Positions 47,612 through 58,100 of a stretch of 64,000 nucleotides of DNA are shown one piece after another. Below the pieces are notes generated by a model. That model was given only the letters and a program-made list of their open reading frames with translations. It was not told where the DNA came from and made no database searches. Origin of the DNA: a virus; the IMG/VR virus record IMGVR_UViG_3300042298_003052, positions 1-64,000 of that record; one strand, given 5' to 3'. Position numbers and translations under genes: made by a program. Within the stretch, counting starts at the first letter, position 1, and the number at the start of each line of letters is the position of its first letter.

Positions 47612-48076
47612 ATGAAGGTGTTGTTATCTGTTTCTCCCAACTGGGGAATAGGCACTGTTGACGGAAATCTGCTTTATAAGAACTCTATGGATATGCAGAT
47701 ATTCAAAGGGTTGACTCAAAAGTGCGATATTATAGCAGGTCGTAAGACCGCAGAGACCATGATCGGAGGTCTAAAAAATCGTAGATGTTTCGCTATAGCA
47801 CAAAATCATATACACGGATGGACTTCTGTGACGTATGAATACGCAAAAGATGTGTATCCAGAGGCTTGGGTTATTGGAGGGGCGTTTACCGTAGATTCGT
47901 TATTACCTTATATAACAGAGTTTTGGATCTCATTTTTTCAAGACAAACCTGATGTTCCAGATAATAAACAGATCATACATTTATCTGATAAAACAGTTGA
48001 TGTTATCAATAAATGTAGAAGATTTGTTCTTTTTGAAAACCAACAATTTGTTTTTGAACGTTTAATTGTAATTTGA
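47612..48076 (+). CDS. folA: dihydrofolate reductase
   Basis: GIG..G.L, D...FK..T, GRKT.E, L.NR, WVIGG; adjacent to thyA. Confidence 0.85.
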   Translation: MKVLLSVSPNWGIGTVDGNLLYKNSMDMQIFKGLTQKCDIIAGRKTAETMIGGLKNRRCFAIAQNHIHGWTSVTYEYAKDVYPEAWVIGGAFTVDSLLPYITEFWISFFQDKPDVPDNKQIIHLSDKTVDVINKCRRFVLFENQQFVFERLIVI

Positions 48077-48079
48077 AAT

Positions 48080-48541
48080 ATGGGCGGTTCATCTTCTAGA
48101 AACAAAGGTAGTGCAGCAGAACGATCGCTAAGAGGATTTTTCTCAGATCATTTAGGCTGGTATCTACAAAAAAATGGATCTCAGTCTAATTTAGGAGGTT
48201 ATGATTGCACATTATTAGACGTACCTAATGGCCGTTTAATGGTACCTTTTGCCTTAGAGTTTAAGCATCATAAGACTCCTAACGTACAAGCTTGGTGGAA
48301 ACAGACAGTAGATCAAGCTCAAAAGACTAAATTTATACCCGTATTGTTTCACAGAGGAGACAATCAACCATGGAAGATTGTAATACCATCATATCTTCAA
48401 ACAGGTCGTAAACGTGAGGTAGACCCTTTAGATTGGAATTGGTTAGTAACACTGGAATCTAAAGATCGCCCCTACGGATTGACTTGTTCTTTACTTTTTG
48501 TGGAGTTATGTAGAGAAAATGCCATAAACTATACAAATTGA
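48080..48541 (+). CDS. Holliday junction resolvase (Hjc-like PD-(D/E)xK)
   Basis: SR.KG..AER, G.D, EFK, WW.Q...QA, P.L..R. Confidence 0.75.
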   Translation: MGGSSSRNKGSAAERSLRGFFSDHLGWYLQKNGSQSNLGGYDCTLLDVPNGRLMVPFALEFKHHKTPNVQAWWKQTVDQAQKTKFIPVLFHRGDNQPWKIVIPSYLQTGRKREVDPLDWNWLVTLESKDRPYGLTCSLLFVELCRENAINYTN

Positions 48542-48585
48542 TTCAATCGTGTTAAGATCATATCAGTTAGCAAGGAGAATCCTAT

Positions 48586-48948
48586 ATGACTAATGTTATC
48601 CCTCTAGAACTCGTCGATCGAACCCCATTGGTGAATGTAAACTACAGCGGTAGTCCTCTACAACTGTCATCTGAAGCCTTGAGGAACATGTACGATCTAG
48701 GTTTATTGACTGCTAGACCGTATGCTATTCTTGCGATCCTTTTTGATGGCGTAGGAAAAGATGAAGAAGAGGCATTTGACATCGAGGACTTTATCGATCG
48801 CTGGGAAGGAACAGAAAACGATAAAGGTAAATCGAAACGATTGAAAACTGATGATATTATCGTGGCACTCAATAAGTTGCAATCGCTAGGTTACGGTAAG
48901 GTGAAATTGGTGCCTCATGTGAAACTAGACATAGATTCTATTCTGTAG
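48586..48948 (+). CDS. hypothetical protein, possible winged helix
   Basis: AGGAGA RBS; AL.KL...G motif. Confidence 0.55.
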   Translation: MTNVIPLELVDRTPLVNVNYSGSPLQLSSEALRNMYDLGLLTARPYAILAILFDGVGKDEEEAFDIEDFIDRWEGTENDKGKSKRLKTDDIIVALNKLQSLGYGKVKLVPHVKLDIDSIL

Positions 48949-48993
48949 TAGAATAAGAGTCGTGGTAGGTTGAAAGGTGTTGTATTAATCCGT

Positions 48994-49030
48994 AGCTGGT
49001 CTAGACCTATCTCTAGATCAGCTTTTTCTT
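48994..49030 (+). terminator. intrinsic terminator
   Basis: AGCTGGTCTAGA-cctatc-TCTAGATCAGCT followed by TTTTCTT. Confidence 0.7.
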
Positions 49031-49045
49031 AAAGGAGTTATATCT

Positions 49046-49747
49046 ATGCAATATATGGGAAGCAAAAATAGATTGGCTAAACATCTGTTACCTGTAATGT
49101 TACCTTATCGAAAGAATTCTGAACAATGCTGGATAGAACCGTTTGTTGGTGGTGCCAATATGATCGATAAGATAGCGGGCGATCGTCTTGGTAATGATAA
49201 TCATCCTTTTCTGATCGCACTATTACAAGCTGTATCTCAAGGATACGATCCCCCTTCTGTTGTTACTAAAGATGAATACTATCGCGTAAAAAGTAATCCT
49301 AATGATTACCCTAGTGAATATGTTGGTTTCGTTGGATTTCTTTGTAGTTTTGGTTACAAATGGTGGGGAGGTTATGCTTTTAACAAAGAAGGTCGGAACT
49401 ATGCTGAAAAAGGGCGAAATGCTTTATTAAAACAAGCTCCTAATATTAAAGGCGTTAAGTTTCAATGTCAGAATTATCTAGAGTTAATCATACCTAATAA
49501 TAGTATCGTATACTGCGATCCTCCGTATCAGAAGAGTTCTGGTTATCATACCGATTTTGATCATCAGATATTTTGGGATTGGTGCAGATCGTTAGTACAA
49601 AATAACAATATCGTGTTTGTTAGTGAGTATTCAGCACCGGATGATTTTGTTTGTACTAAAGAAATTGTGTACGAAACCAATCTAAATAAAAATGGTAAAT
49701 CACCAAGAATCGAACGACTATTCCTACATAGGTCTCAGATCGCTTGA
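49046..49747 (+). CDS. D12-class N6-adenine DNA methyltransferase
   Basis: YMGSK, EPFVGGAN, YCDPPY, FVSEY. Confidence 0.88.
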   Translation: MQYMGSKNRLAKHLLPVMLPYRKNSEQCWIEPFVGGANMIDKIAGDRLGNDNHPFLIALLQAVSQGYDPPSVVTKDEYYRVKSNPNDYPSEYVGFVGFLCSFGYKWWGGYAFNKEGRNYAEKGRNALLKQAPNIKGVKFQCQNYLELIIPNNSIVYCDPPYQKSSGYHTDFDHQIFWDWCRSLVQNNNIVFVSEYSAPDDFVCTKEIVYETNLNKNGKSPRIERLFLHRSQIA

Positions 49748-50814
49748 GGTTTACCGTATAGCCAACCTTGACCATATATAACACCATTATCGATTAACCA
49801 TGAAGCGTCTTCTTCCTTTTCTATACCTTCTGCTATTATTTCCATATTCATAGCTTTTGCCAACGTTATCACAGTTTTAACAACTGATTGATTGGTTATA
49901 TCTTTACTAACACCATCTATAAAGGAGCGATCTATTTTTATATAGTTAGCAGAAGATGTTTTTAGTGAACTCATATTACTTTCTCCTGTGCCAAAGTCAT
50001 CTAGTAATATGTCATGTCCTAATAATCGCAATCTAGATAATTTTGGAACAATAGGTTCTTCAAGAGCATATCGTTCAGTTATTTCCAACTGTAGACGACT
50101 TCTGTTTATATTGTACTTATCTATAATATGATTGAACTGACACTCGAACATAGCCGTACATACTGTAAGAGGAGACAAATTGATGGCTATGTGTAGATGC
50201 TTTTTAAGATCATCATTAGACCATTTTTTTAGAATAATACAAGCTTCCTCTACTACCATGTTACAGAAACTTACCATCAGTCCTGTAGTTTCTAGAACAG
50301 GTATAAAATCATTTGGATACCTAATGCGATCGCCGTCTAACCATCTTACCAAAGCCTCATAACCTACTATCGTCTTATTGTTTATATTAACTATAGGTTG
50401 AAGATAAAGACTAAATTGTTTGTCTATTAAAGCCTTTTCTACATCGTTCATTAACTTTTGACTGTCAGCGTTTAACATTATTCTTTTTATAAGTTCCAAT
50501 GTTATTATAAATTCAGACGAATTTACTTGTCGTATATCGAGATTATATTCTCCCTTTTCAGTGTAATATTTTCTACTTCTATAAATATTTTTATTCTTTA
50601 TGAAATCGTTGTATATATCGTATACACTATCAGAATCTATTTCAATATTAGAGTAAACACATTTTATAATGTTTTTGTTCACTCTATATAAACCAAAAGG
50701 TTTATCTATAGTGCTTATAATCGTCTTATAGTCTTTTATGTTTTTATAGAGCGAAAATAATATGGCGATCGCAAATAATATTAAAGACCCTTCTATACTA
50801 ATCAGCAACGGCAT
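49735..50814 (-). CDS. membrane-anchored EAL-domain c-di-GMP phosphodiesterase
   Basis: QP, EAL.RW, P..FIP, INLS, LEITE, DDFGTG.S, KIDRSF, AEGIE, QGW; N-terminal TM. Confidence 0.92.
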   Translation of the reverse strand: MPLLISIEGSLILFAIAILFSLYKNIKDYKTIISTIDKPFGLYRVNKNIIKCVYSNIEIDSDSVYDIYNDFIKNKNIYRSRKYYTEKGEYNLDIRQVNSSEFIITLELIKRIMLNADSQKLMNDVEKALIDKQFSLYLQPIVNINNKTIVGYEALVRWLDGDRIRYPNDFIPVLETTGLMVSFCNMVVEEACIILKKWSNDDLKKHLHIAINLSPLTVCTAMFECQFNHIIDKYNINRSRLQLEITERYALEEPIVPKLSRLRLLGHDILLDDFGTGESNMSSLKTSSANYIKIDRSFIDGVSKDITNQSVVKTVITLAKAMNMEIIAEGIEKEEDASWLIDNGVIYGQGWLYGKPQAI

Positions 50815-51292
50815 TTGTTCTTAACCTACAATCCATTAATGGGAGTTTTAACCAACTACTCACTGATTTTGTGCCTATTGCTAACCATTGTGCAGAAGGG
50901 TCTGATTTTCCTCTAACACTATGGTGACGTATATATACTCGCCAAGTCTTTTCTGGTTTATCGTCAAGTAGTACAAAATACAACCCTGGCAATAAATACA
51001 AAGATCCAATAGTTACAGGCTGTGGTATTATACCTAGCGCGGGTCTTCTTTTATATTCTGGTAATATTTGAGACGGACACCAACCTTTATTATTCTCTGG
51101 TGGTATGATTGAATAAGATATCCAATTTTCTTCTCTACTTAGCCATCTATATCCAGTGTAAAAAGAAATCAGAAATTCACTACGTCTTTCTTTAAAACCA
51201 TAACTAAGGCGCATAGAAAGATCTCGTCTTATTAGACAAGGAGTGTATCCACTAGGAGGATTCTTTATAGATACAAACTCCATGGCTATCAT
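50798..51292 (-). CDS. hypothetical protein
   Basis: Overlaps the EAL gene start; Trp-rich. Confidence 0.5.
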   Translation of the reverse strand: MIAMEFVSIKNPPSGYTPCLIRRDLSMRLSYGFKERRSEFLISFYTGYRWLSREENWISYSIIPPENNKGWCPSQILPEYKRRPALGIIPQPVTIGSLYLLPGLYFVLLDDKPEKTWRVYIRHHSVRGKSDPSAQWLAIGTKSVSSWLKLPLMDCRLRTNAVAD

Positions 51293-51355
51293 CTTAATAT
51301 ACCACCATTCTACATGGTATATAATTACATCGTATACACGCTAAGGTAATAGACA

Positions 51356-51592
51356 ATGGACCTAAAACATTTTAACGACCTTGCTGAGCCTATTATTATC
51401 GCAGCGATCGGAGCTGCTATTACTACAGGATTTCCTTTTCTGATTAAAATCAAAAACAAGATCGATAAAGTCGAAGATCTTGTCTCTACTATTCTATTGG
51501 CCCTTAAAGATGGTCAACTCAGCGATCAAGAAAAGAAAGTAGCCAAAGAGAAACTTGATTCCCTTGTCAATGATGATAATGCTGTGTTATGA
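51356..51592 (+). CDS. small single-TM protein (holin-like)
   Basis: One TM followed by a charged helical tail; AAGG RBS. Confidence 0.5.
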   Translation: MDLKHFNDLAEPIIIAAIGAAITTGFPFLIKIKNKIDKVEDLVSTILLALKDGQLSDQEKKVAKEKLDSLVNDDNAVL

Positions 51593-51680
51593 TGCTATTG
51601 TTGCGGTGTATCGAGCCAAAAGATTAAGGTTTTCTCCTTTTCCCTGATCTTACGTCCTCGAAGCAACAGTATACCCTACA

Positions 51681-51722
51681 CTGGATGGTAACGCTTCCCT
51701 TTCGTTATCATCCAGTTTTTTT
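51681..51722 (+). terminator. intrinsic terminator
   Basis: CTGGATGGTAACG/CGTTATCATCCAG stem followed by T7. Confidence 0.75.
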
Positions 51723-52100
51723 ATGAAAAGATTAACAACGATCGCTCTTTTAACACTAATATTTGCGATCTTCCCACATCAATCTGTTAAGGCACAAGAA
51801 TCGTTTTTAAGATTAGATAACCACTGTGAAGGACAACTGTACTTTCACAAGACTGTTTGCAAAGAAGTTTACCAGGATTACATAATTTGGTACGTTCTCC
51901 AAGATAACACGCTAGTAGGTATTATTGTATTCGATGATGCTTATAGCCTAAATGTCATTGAATCAGGAGAAAACTCCTATGTCATATTCTCAAAGGAAAC
52001 CAGTCAAATCATTACACAATCAGAAAACGGTTTCAGTACGATCTCACCCTATCGTGAAACATTTGAATATATTTTAAGTGCGATCGCGTCAGTACAATAA
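51723..52100 (+). CDS. secreted/periplasmic hypothetical protein
   Basis: Signal peptide MKR-hydrophobic-VKA|Q. Confidence 0.6.
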   Translation: MKRLTTIALLTLIFAIFPHQSVKAQESFLRLDNHCEGQLYFHKTVCKEVYQDYIIWYVLQDNTLVGIIVFDDAYSLNVIESGENSYVIFSKETSQIITQSENGFSTISPYRETFEYILSAIASVQ

Positions 52101-55100
52101 TCCGTTCGGTCGTTTCTGTTCAGTTAATACTTGGAATACTGCGGCTCTGACCTTCTGAGAAAGATCTCTTGCTGCCTTATTATCTTTCTCAGGATTATTA
52201 CCATCAGAGTTGATCGTGATGGGTACGGTAACAGACGTGCTACCCCCGCTAGGAGCCTTGATAGCAGGCGTACTAAACGAACCGCCTACGACACCCCCAT
52301 TCTTAAAGTTAAGCACGTTCTCGTCCACGCCATAGCGCTTAGCGATCGCTTGTTGCTGTCTGTTCAATACCCATTCTCCAGGTGATACCACAGCTAACCT
52401 AGCTTTTGGATTACCTTCGCGTTTTAATGCCTGTCCTATAGCTTCTGTAGAAGCTAACTTATCCAATGTTGACTGCGATCTTCCTATAACACCACCTTTT
52501 GCAAAGTTCTCTATACCTAAACCTGTATCAGTTTTTATAACACCACCATCTTTGAAGAACATCCCTAGTATCGTGGATAATAAAGACTGGAATACACCTC
52601 CTATACTGAATCCTCCTTTAGATACCGCTGTGCTACTAGAACCTGAAAATACACCCATCACAACAGAACCGAGTTGAGCCCCGCCGCGATCTGCTCCAGC
52701 TTCTATAGCACTTTGTATAGACTGAGCACCGTTTTCAAATGTAAGATCAAAACCACCTAAGTCAAATAAACCTTCAGAAATGGTACCTAAAGCGTTTGGT
52801 GTTTGTATGGATACAGCCGCTTGTTGTATTGCCTGAGCCCCTAATTGTAATGAAGATAAAACCATCTCACCACCTAATCTTAATGACGCTGAGGCTTGTT
52901 CTGCCCCTGTTGTTAACGTAACATCTTCTGTACTAGCACCGAATAAAGATTTTCCATATTCTGTTAGACTTGGATCTCGTATTTCACCAGTAGAAGGGAA
53001 TAAGTAAGAACTATAATCCATTGCGCCTTGTAACAGTGGATTATATCTAGGGGTCTGCATTAGTACATTAGGATCTTCTTCGGGCGATCGCGATCTGCTA
53101 GTTCCAAAAAGCATTTCTATAATACCGTTACCAGTATCACTAGATATTCCAGCAGCACCACCGAATATACCTGCAAACAGATTATTGGTTAGCATTTCTG
53201 CTGCCAAGTTCATCAGATTATCTATTAAACCGTTGACAAAATCGTTAAAGGCTTCTCCTACTGTTTTGGTACCTTTCATAAGATCGCTGAATAGTCCTTG
53301 AACTGGACCTCTTACGTTCTTTATGACATCGGGTAACATTGAGGCTTCTTGCCTTATCTGATCCATTTTGATGTCGTTTATCTTTGATAAGGATTCGCTC
53401 ATAGCTTTGAAACCCTCATCTGTGAGTTTCCCAGCATTTTTTAGTTTTTCTAATTCTAATATGGCATTTTGATAATCTAAGCGTTGCATATCCAACAAGA
53501 ATGGTAACCGCTCTTGTTTCATAGCTTCCGTTGGACTAGCACCAAATGCGCCTAGATAAGCGTCTTGTGCTCCCATTAAATCTGTTACTCCTCCAGGGCC
53601 AACAAGAGGATTTCTTGATTGTTCTATTTGATCGGCTCTAACTTGTAAAGCTTGTTCTAGCTCTAATGTTTGTAGTTTTAATTGGGCCGTTTCTTCTATT
53701 AATAAACGACTTCGTTCTCTAGTCTCCTCTGTTAGACCCTTACTACCTTCGTATAAATCGAATATTTGACTTTCTAAATCTTGTTGTATTTTAAGAGCTT
53801 CAATTTCATAAGACAGGTCTCTAGCGTTTCCTGCTTCCCCTGTTCTATTTAATAAAGGTGTAAGAGCTTCCACATTAGCAGCTCTTTGTTCTAACAAAAA
53901 TGATGAATTGTTAAGTCTTAATTGTTCAGTATTTCTATCAATATTGTAACCTAATATCTCTAACGCTAAAATTTGACGTTTAATAGATTCTGCTAATAGC
54001 TGGTCATAGCGATCTCTATCTAATCCGCTATTTAACTGTTCTTTTAAGCCAAATTGATACTCTTTCTCTTTTTGTATTATATCAGCAGCATCAGCTTGTT
54101 TTTCTAACTCTTCTGCCAGCGCCTGCTCTCCATCATTTCTTAACAATTCAGCCTGTTGTCTTAAATTTTCACCAGTTAGTTCAGTTAACTGATTAATAAA
54201 CTCCATATAGCGTCTTTCTTCTTCCATCTTGTATTCTTCTGAAATTTTTAGTAAAGCCTCTCCTTCCATAGCGGTTAGATCAGCTAAGTTCTTTCTAAGA
54301 ATATCTATAAGTGGTTGTTTCTGAGATATTATCTCTCTGAAACCCTCTTCAATTCGTCTTACATCTTCTTCTTTGGCTCCAGCCTCTATAAGTTGGTTGG
54401 GCATGGTTTCTAATAACTGTGTTACGGCATCTATGTCGTTTTGAGCATCTTCGATTTGTCGTTGTAATTCTATACGACGATCTTCTATATCTCTAGATGC
54501 CATATCGAGATCATATTCAAGTTGAATTTCTGGCGTCATCCTGAATTCTGGTATACTTTGATACTTGCGATCTCTGTCTTGTCTTTCTTGTTGTAGCTTA
54601 GCATCTTCCGTCCCTCTCTTAGCAGTTATTCCTTCTCGATTAACTTCAGAAAACATACTATCTATTTGAGCGTCGAATCTTTCATCTGCTAACGCTTTCA
54701 TTTGTTCAATCAATTTTATTTGATCGTTAGCGTTCTGTTGTAGCATGTTTACATACTTTTGATTTTCTGATAACAATTGGTTAGAACTTTGTGTATAACT
54801 ACTTACATCTAAAGTTGTAGCACTACTACTGGTTGTTGTCGGACGCGATCTGTTGATATAGCCTGTTACATTACTGATAGCTTGGGTAGTATATTTATTA
54901 TCTGGTCGTAATTCTTCTGCTCGTCTAAAATTGATCAATGCTGATTGGTAGTCCTTTTTCTCAGTCAGAGCATAACCTTCGCGCATGAATCTTTCAAATT
55001 GCTCTTTCTCTGACATGAGTTCATTCATACCGATGCCGCTATCACGAAGGAATTGTTCAGCTCGTTGACGGTGATCGCCTTGTCTGAATCTCGGCGCAGC

Positions 55101-58100
55101 GTTTCTTACGGTAGTTTGATTACTATCCTTACGATTCCAATAACTTTCTCCAGCTTGACCAGCTAATATTGCTGAATAGGCGTGTCGTATATCATGTTCA
55201 CCAGGTCTGAAACCGCGATCTAGCAAATATCTTTCTATAGCAGGCATTTGTTGAGCTATACTTTGTTGGGTATTGGTTCCATATTTACGTTGGTTATCAG
55301 GACTGAATTGGATCAAACCCTTATATAAATTATTATCACCTCCTCGTATGTTAGGGTTGAAAGATCCTGCTGATTCCCAAGACATAAGAGCGGCAAATTC
55401 TCTTGGATCTAATCCTAAACGTTGAGCTGCGGCTATCATAGCTTGTGCCCCAGCAGGGTCGCTTTGAACTCTTTCTGCGGTTCTTACCGTGCCACCCATA
55501 GGTATTCTACCCGGACCCATACTAGCCACTCTAGAGGCCACTGGGGCGTAGTTTCTAAACATCTCTACCCCAGACTGTTGAGGCGTGCTCTGAGCTGTTC
55601 TAGAGGCCGGTTGTGATATAGGATTAATATTGACATTTACGCCCTGTAAGTTACGTGCAACTCCACCACCGGCGTTCATAGCAGCTAACCACTGTTGAGC
55701 GTCTACGAACTGACCATTAACTTTCACCTTCATATCGAGATGGTGTTGTATTACTTCTCCAACGAGCTGTCCCATCGATACATTGGTGTTCTCTCCTATG
55801 CCTATACCTAAGGCTTTTTTAACAGATTCTAATTCTAAATGATTAAATTGCAAATCAATAGGTATGCCTTTAGCGTCCTGAGTCGTTATTCTCACTTGGA
55901 CAGCATTACCTCTATCACCCTTTTGTTCAGCTATGTCTATTACCCTAGCCGTACCAGAAAAAGGAGCTGCTACATCAGCACCTCTTCCTCCTCCTACTTT
56001 TGAATCCCAGTCTATACCAGCATGATATTCTTGTCGTCCATTTCGTGTTCTACCAGCCCTGAACGATTGTCCTTCAGTAGGTTTATAACTTACTAATGAC
56101 TCTATAGATTGCCCCATCAATGGAGAAGCTACGTTTCTACCATTTGTACCTTGACTACCAATAACACCTTGATCTATTTGAGGTATACTTAATGCAAATT
56201 GTTCATTTTGTCGAAGAGTATTGAATAATTGATTCATAACATCCATTTTCTGTTTTAAGAAATCAGATGTGCTTTTTAATTGTTCTCCTATGACATTGAT
56301 AAATCTTTCTAATATGTTCATCATGCCACTGAAGTGATCGGTTCTCAATTTACCCATAGTACGAGTTATCGTATTACTGGCATTAGCAACTTTGCGATCG
56401 TTTTCAAATTCCTTAAAACTGTGAGCGATTTCTTCAGTTTGTTGACCCACCTCTATCAACATATCTTCCAGTTGACGACCCATTTGCCATAATTGTTCTT
56501 CTAACTGTCTTTTAGTAGTTTCTAGTTCTGCTACTAATTGATCTGTTTCTAGTCCCGTTTGTTCAAATTTTTGTCGTACTTCTACTAAATTTGTGAGGGT
56601 CTTGCTTAAAGAAGAATCTTCTCCTATATTATCTATGGCAGCTTGTATATCAGCCGCCGTAGCATTCATTGCTAAATTAGCGTTTTCTAATGCTTTTATG
56701 TATTCAGGATCATAAGCAATAGTTTCTAGTTTTTGTAAAGAATCTCGATTTATAGCTATTTTTTCAGAGGTCATTTGTTGTTGAACAAGATTCTGTGTAC
56801 CTTCTAACAAACCTGAATTACCAGGAGCAACAGATCTCATCAAAAGAGCGTTCTTTTGTGCTGATCTCATTTCCAAATTATAATAGGCGTTTTCCATTTC
56901 TGCGTTAACAAGTCTAAATCCTCTAGCCAATAGATCAAGTCTGGTTACTGTATTTGCTATACCGGAATTTATTTTATCAATAAGCGATTTAGTAAGTTTT
57001 AAATCTGATTCAAGTGTTGCAATATTGCCCTGCAATGATTCTCTACGAATATTATCTTCTTCAGAATCTCCCAGTCTTGCTAGTTCTTCTTTTCTTAACT
57101 TAATAGCAGATTTGATATTCTCTTCTGATAACTGTAGGTTTGCTAGTTGTTTACCAACGGGGATATATAATTTTTCTCTTTCTGCTATCAGATTATTTAT
57201 CTGTTCGTTTAAGTCTCTTTGTTTTTCTACATCTTCCCTAGAGGTTCCTTGGAGTTCTTGTTGAGCACTCTGTAACCGCACATCCAGATCTATTATTTCT
57301 TGTAATTGTTGACCAGGTTTATTACCAGGATACAAAGTGGTCCTGGCCTCTTCATATATTTTACCTGAATAAGATTGCAGATCGTTTATAGCTATGTCTG
57401 CCTGTTCAGCTTTCACATCCTCCCATGTCCTGCTTAAATCTAAACCTATATTTTTCAAACCTCCTAAAGCTAAACCTATTGGGTCTGTATAATCTCGAAT
57501 GTCGTTTCCATCAGTTATGTTACCGATAAAACTTTGTGTTCCTCTTTCAAATATACGTGAAGCCTTATCCCCTATTAGACCACCAAAGAACGTATCTTCA
57601 AGTAAAGATTCTCCACTGATTAATCGTTCTAATCCTGAACTTATCCCTATACCATCTTTAAACGCTTCAAAAAACTTTTTAGCGGAATTACTTATATCGA
57701 CTATCTGTTTAATTCCTGTTACGGATTTCAATACGTTTCCGTATGATTCTCTGCTACCATCTATATTACTAACCGATTCAATAATATCTCCGACGTAACC
57801 TCCTAGTCCACCACCAGTAAATAATTCTTTGATGGCTGTTACACCTCCAGACTCCTTAAACACCTTAAAACTGGGTTGTTCATTAAACTCTTTTGTTTTT
57901 TGACGAGCATCTTCTAATGTTTTTGTATAATCTTCCCACGCTTTTTTATTTGAGTCAGCAAGATCCTTAGCACCTCCGGAAGCGTCTCCGAAACCTTTAC
58001 TGAAAATCTTAAACACGTCCGTGGCCACAGTTATGACAGCAAACCACGTTAAGAAACTCTTACCAAATGTTATTAATTCTTGCTTCATTCTAGTAAACAA

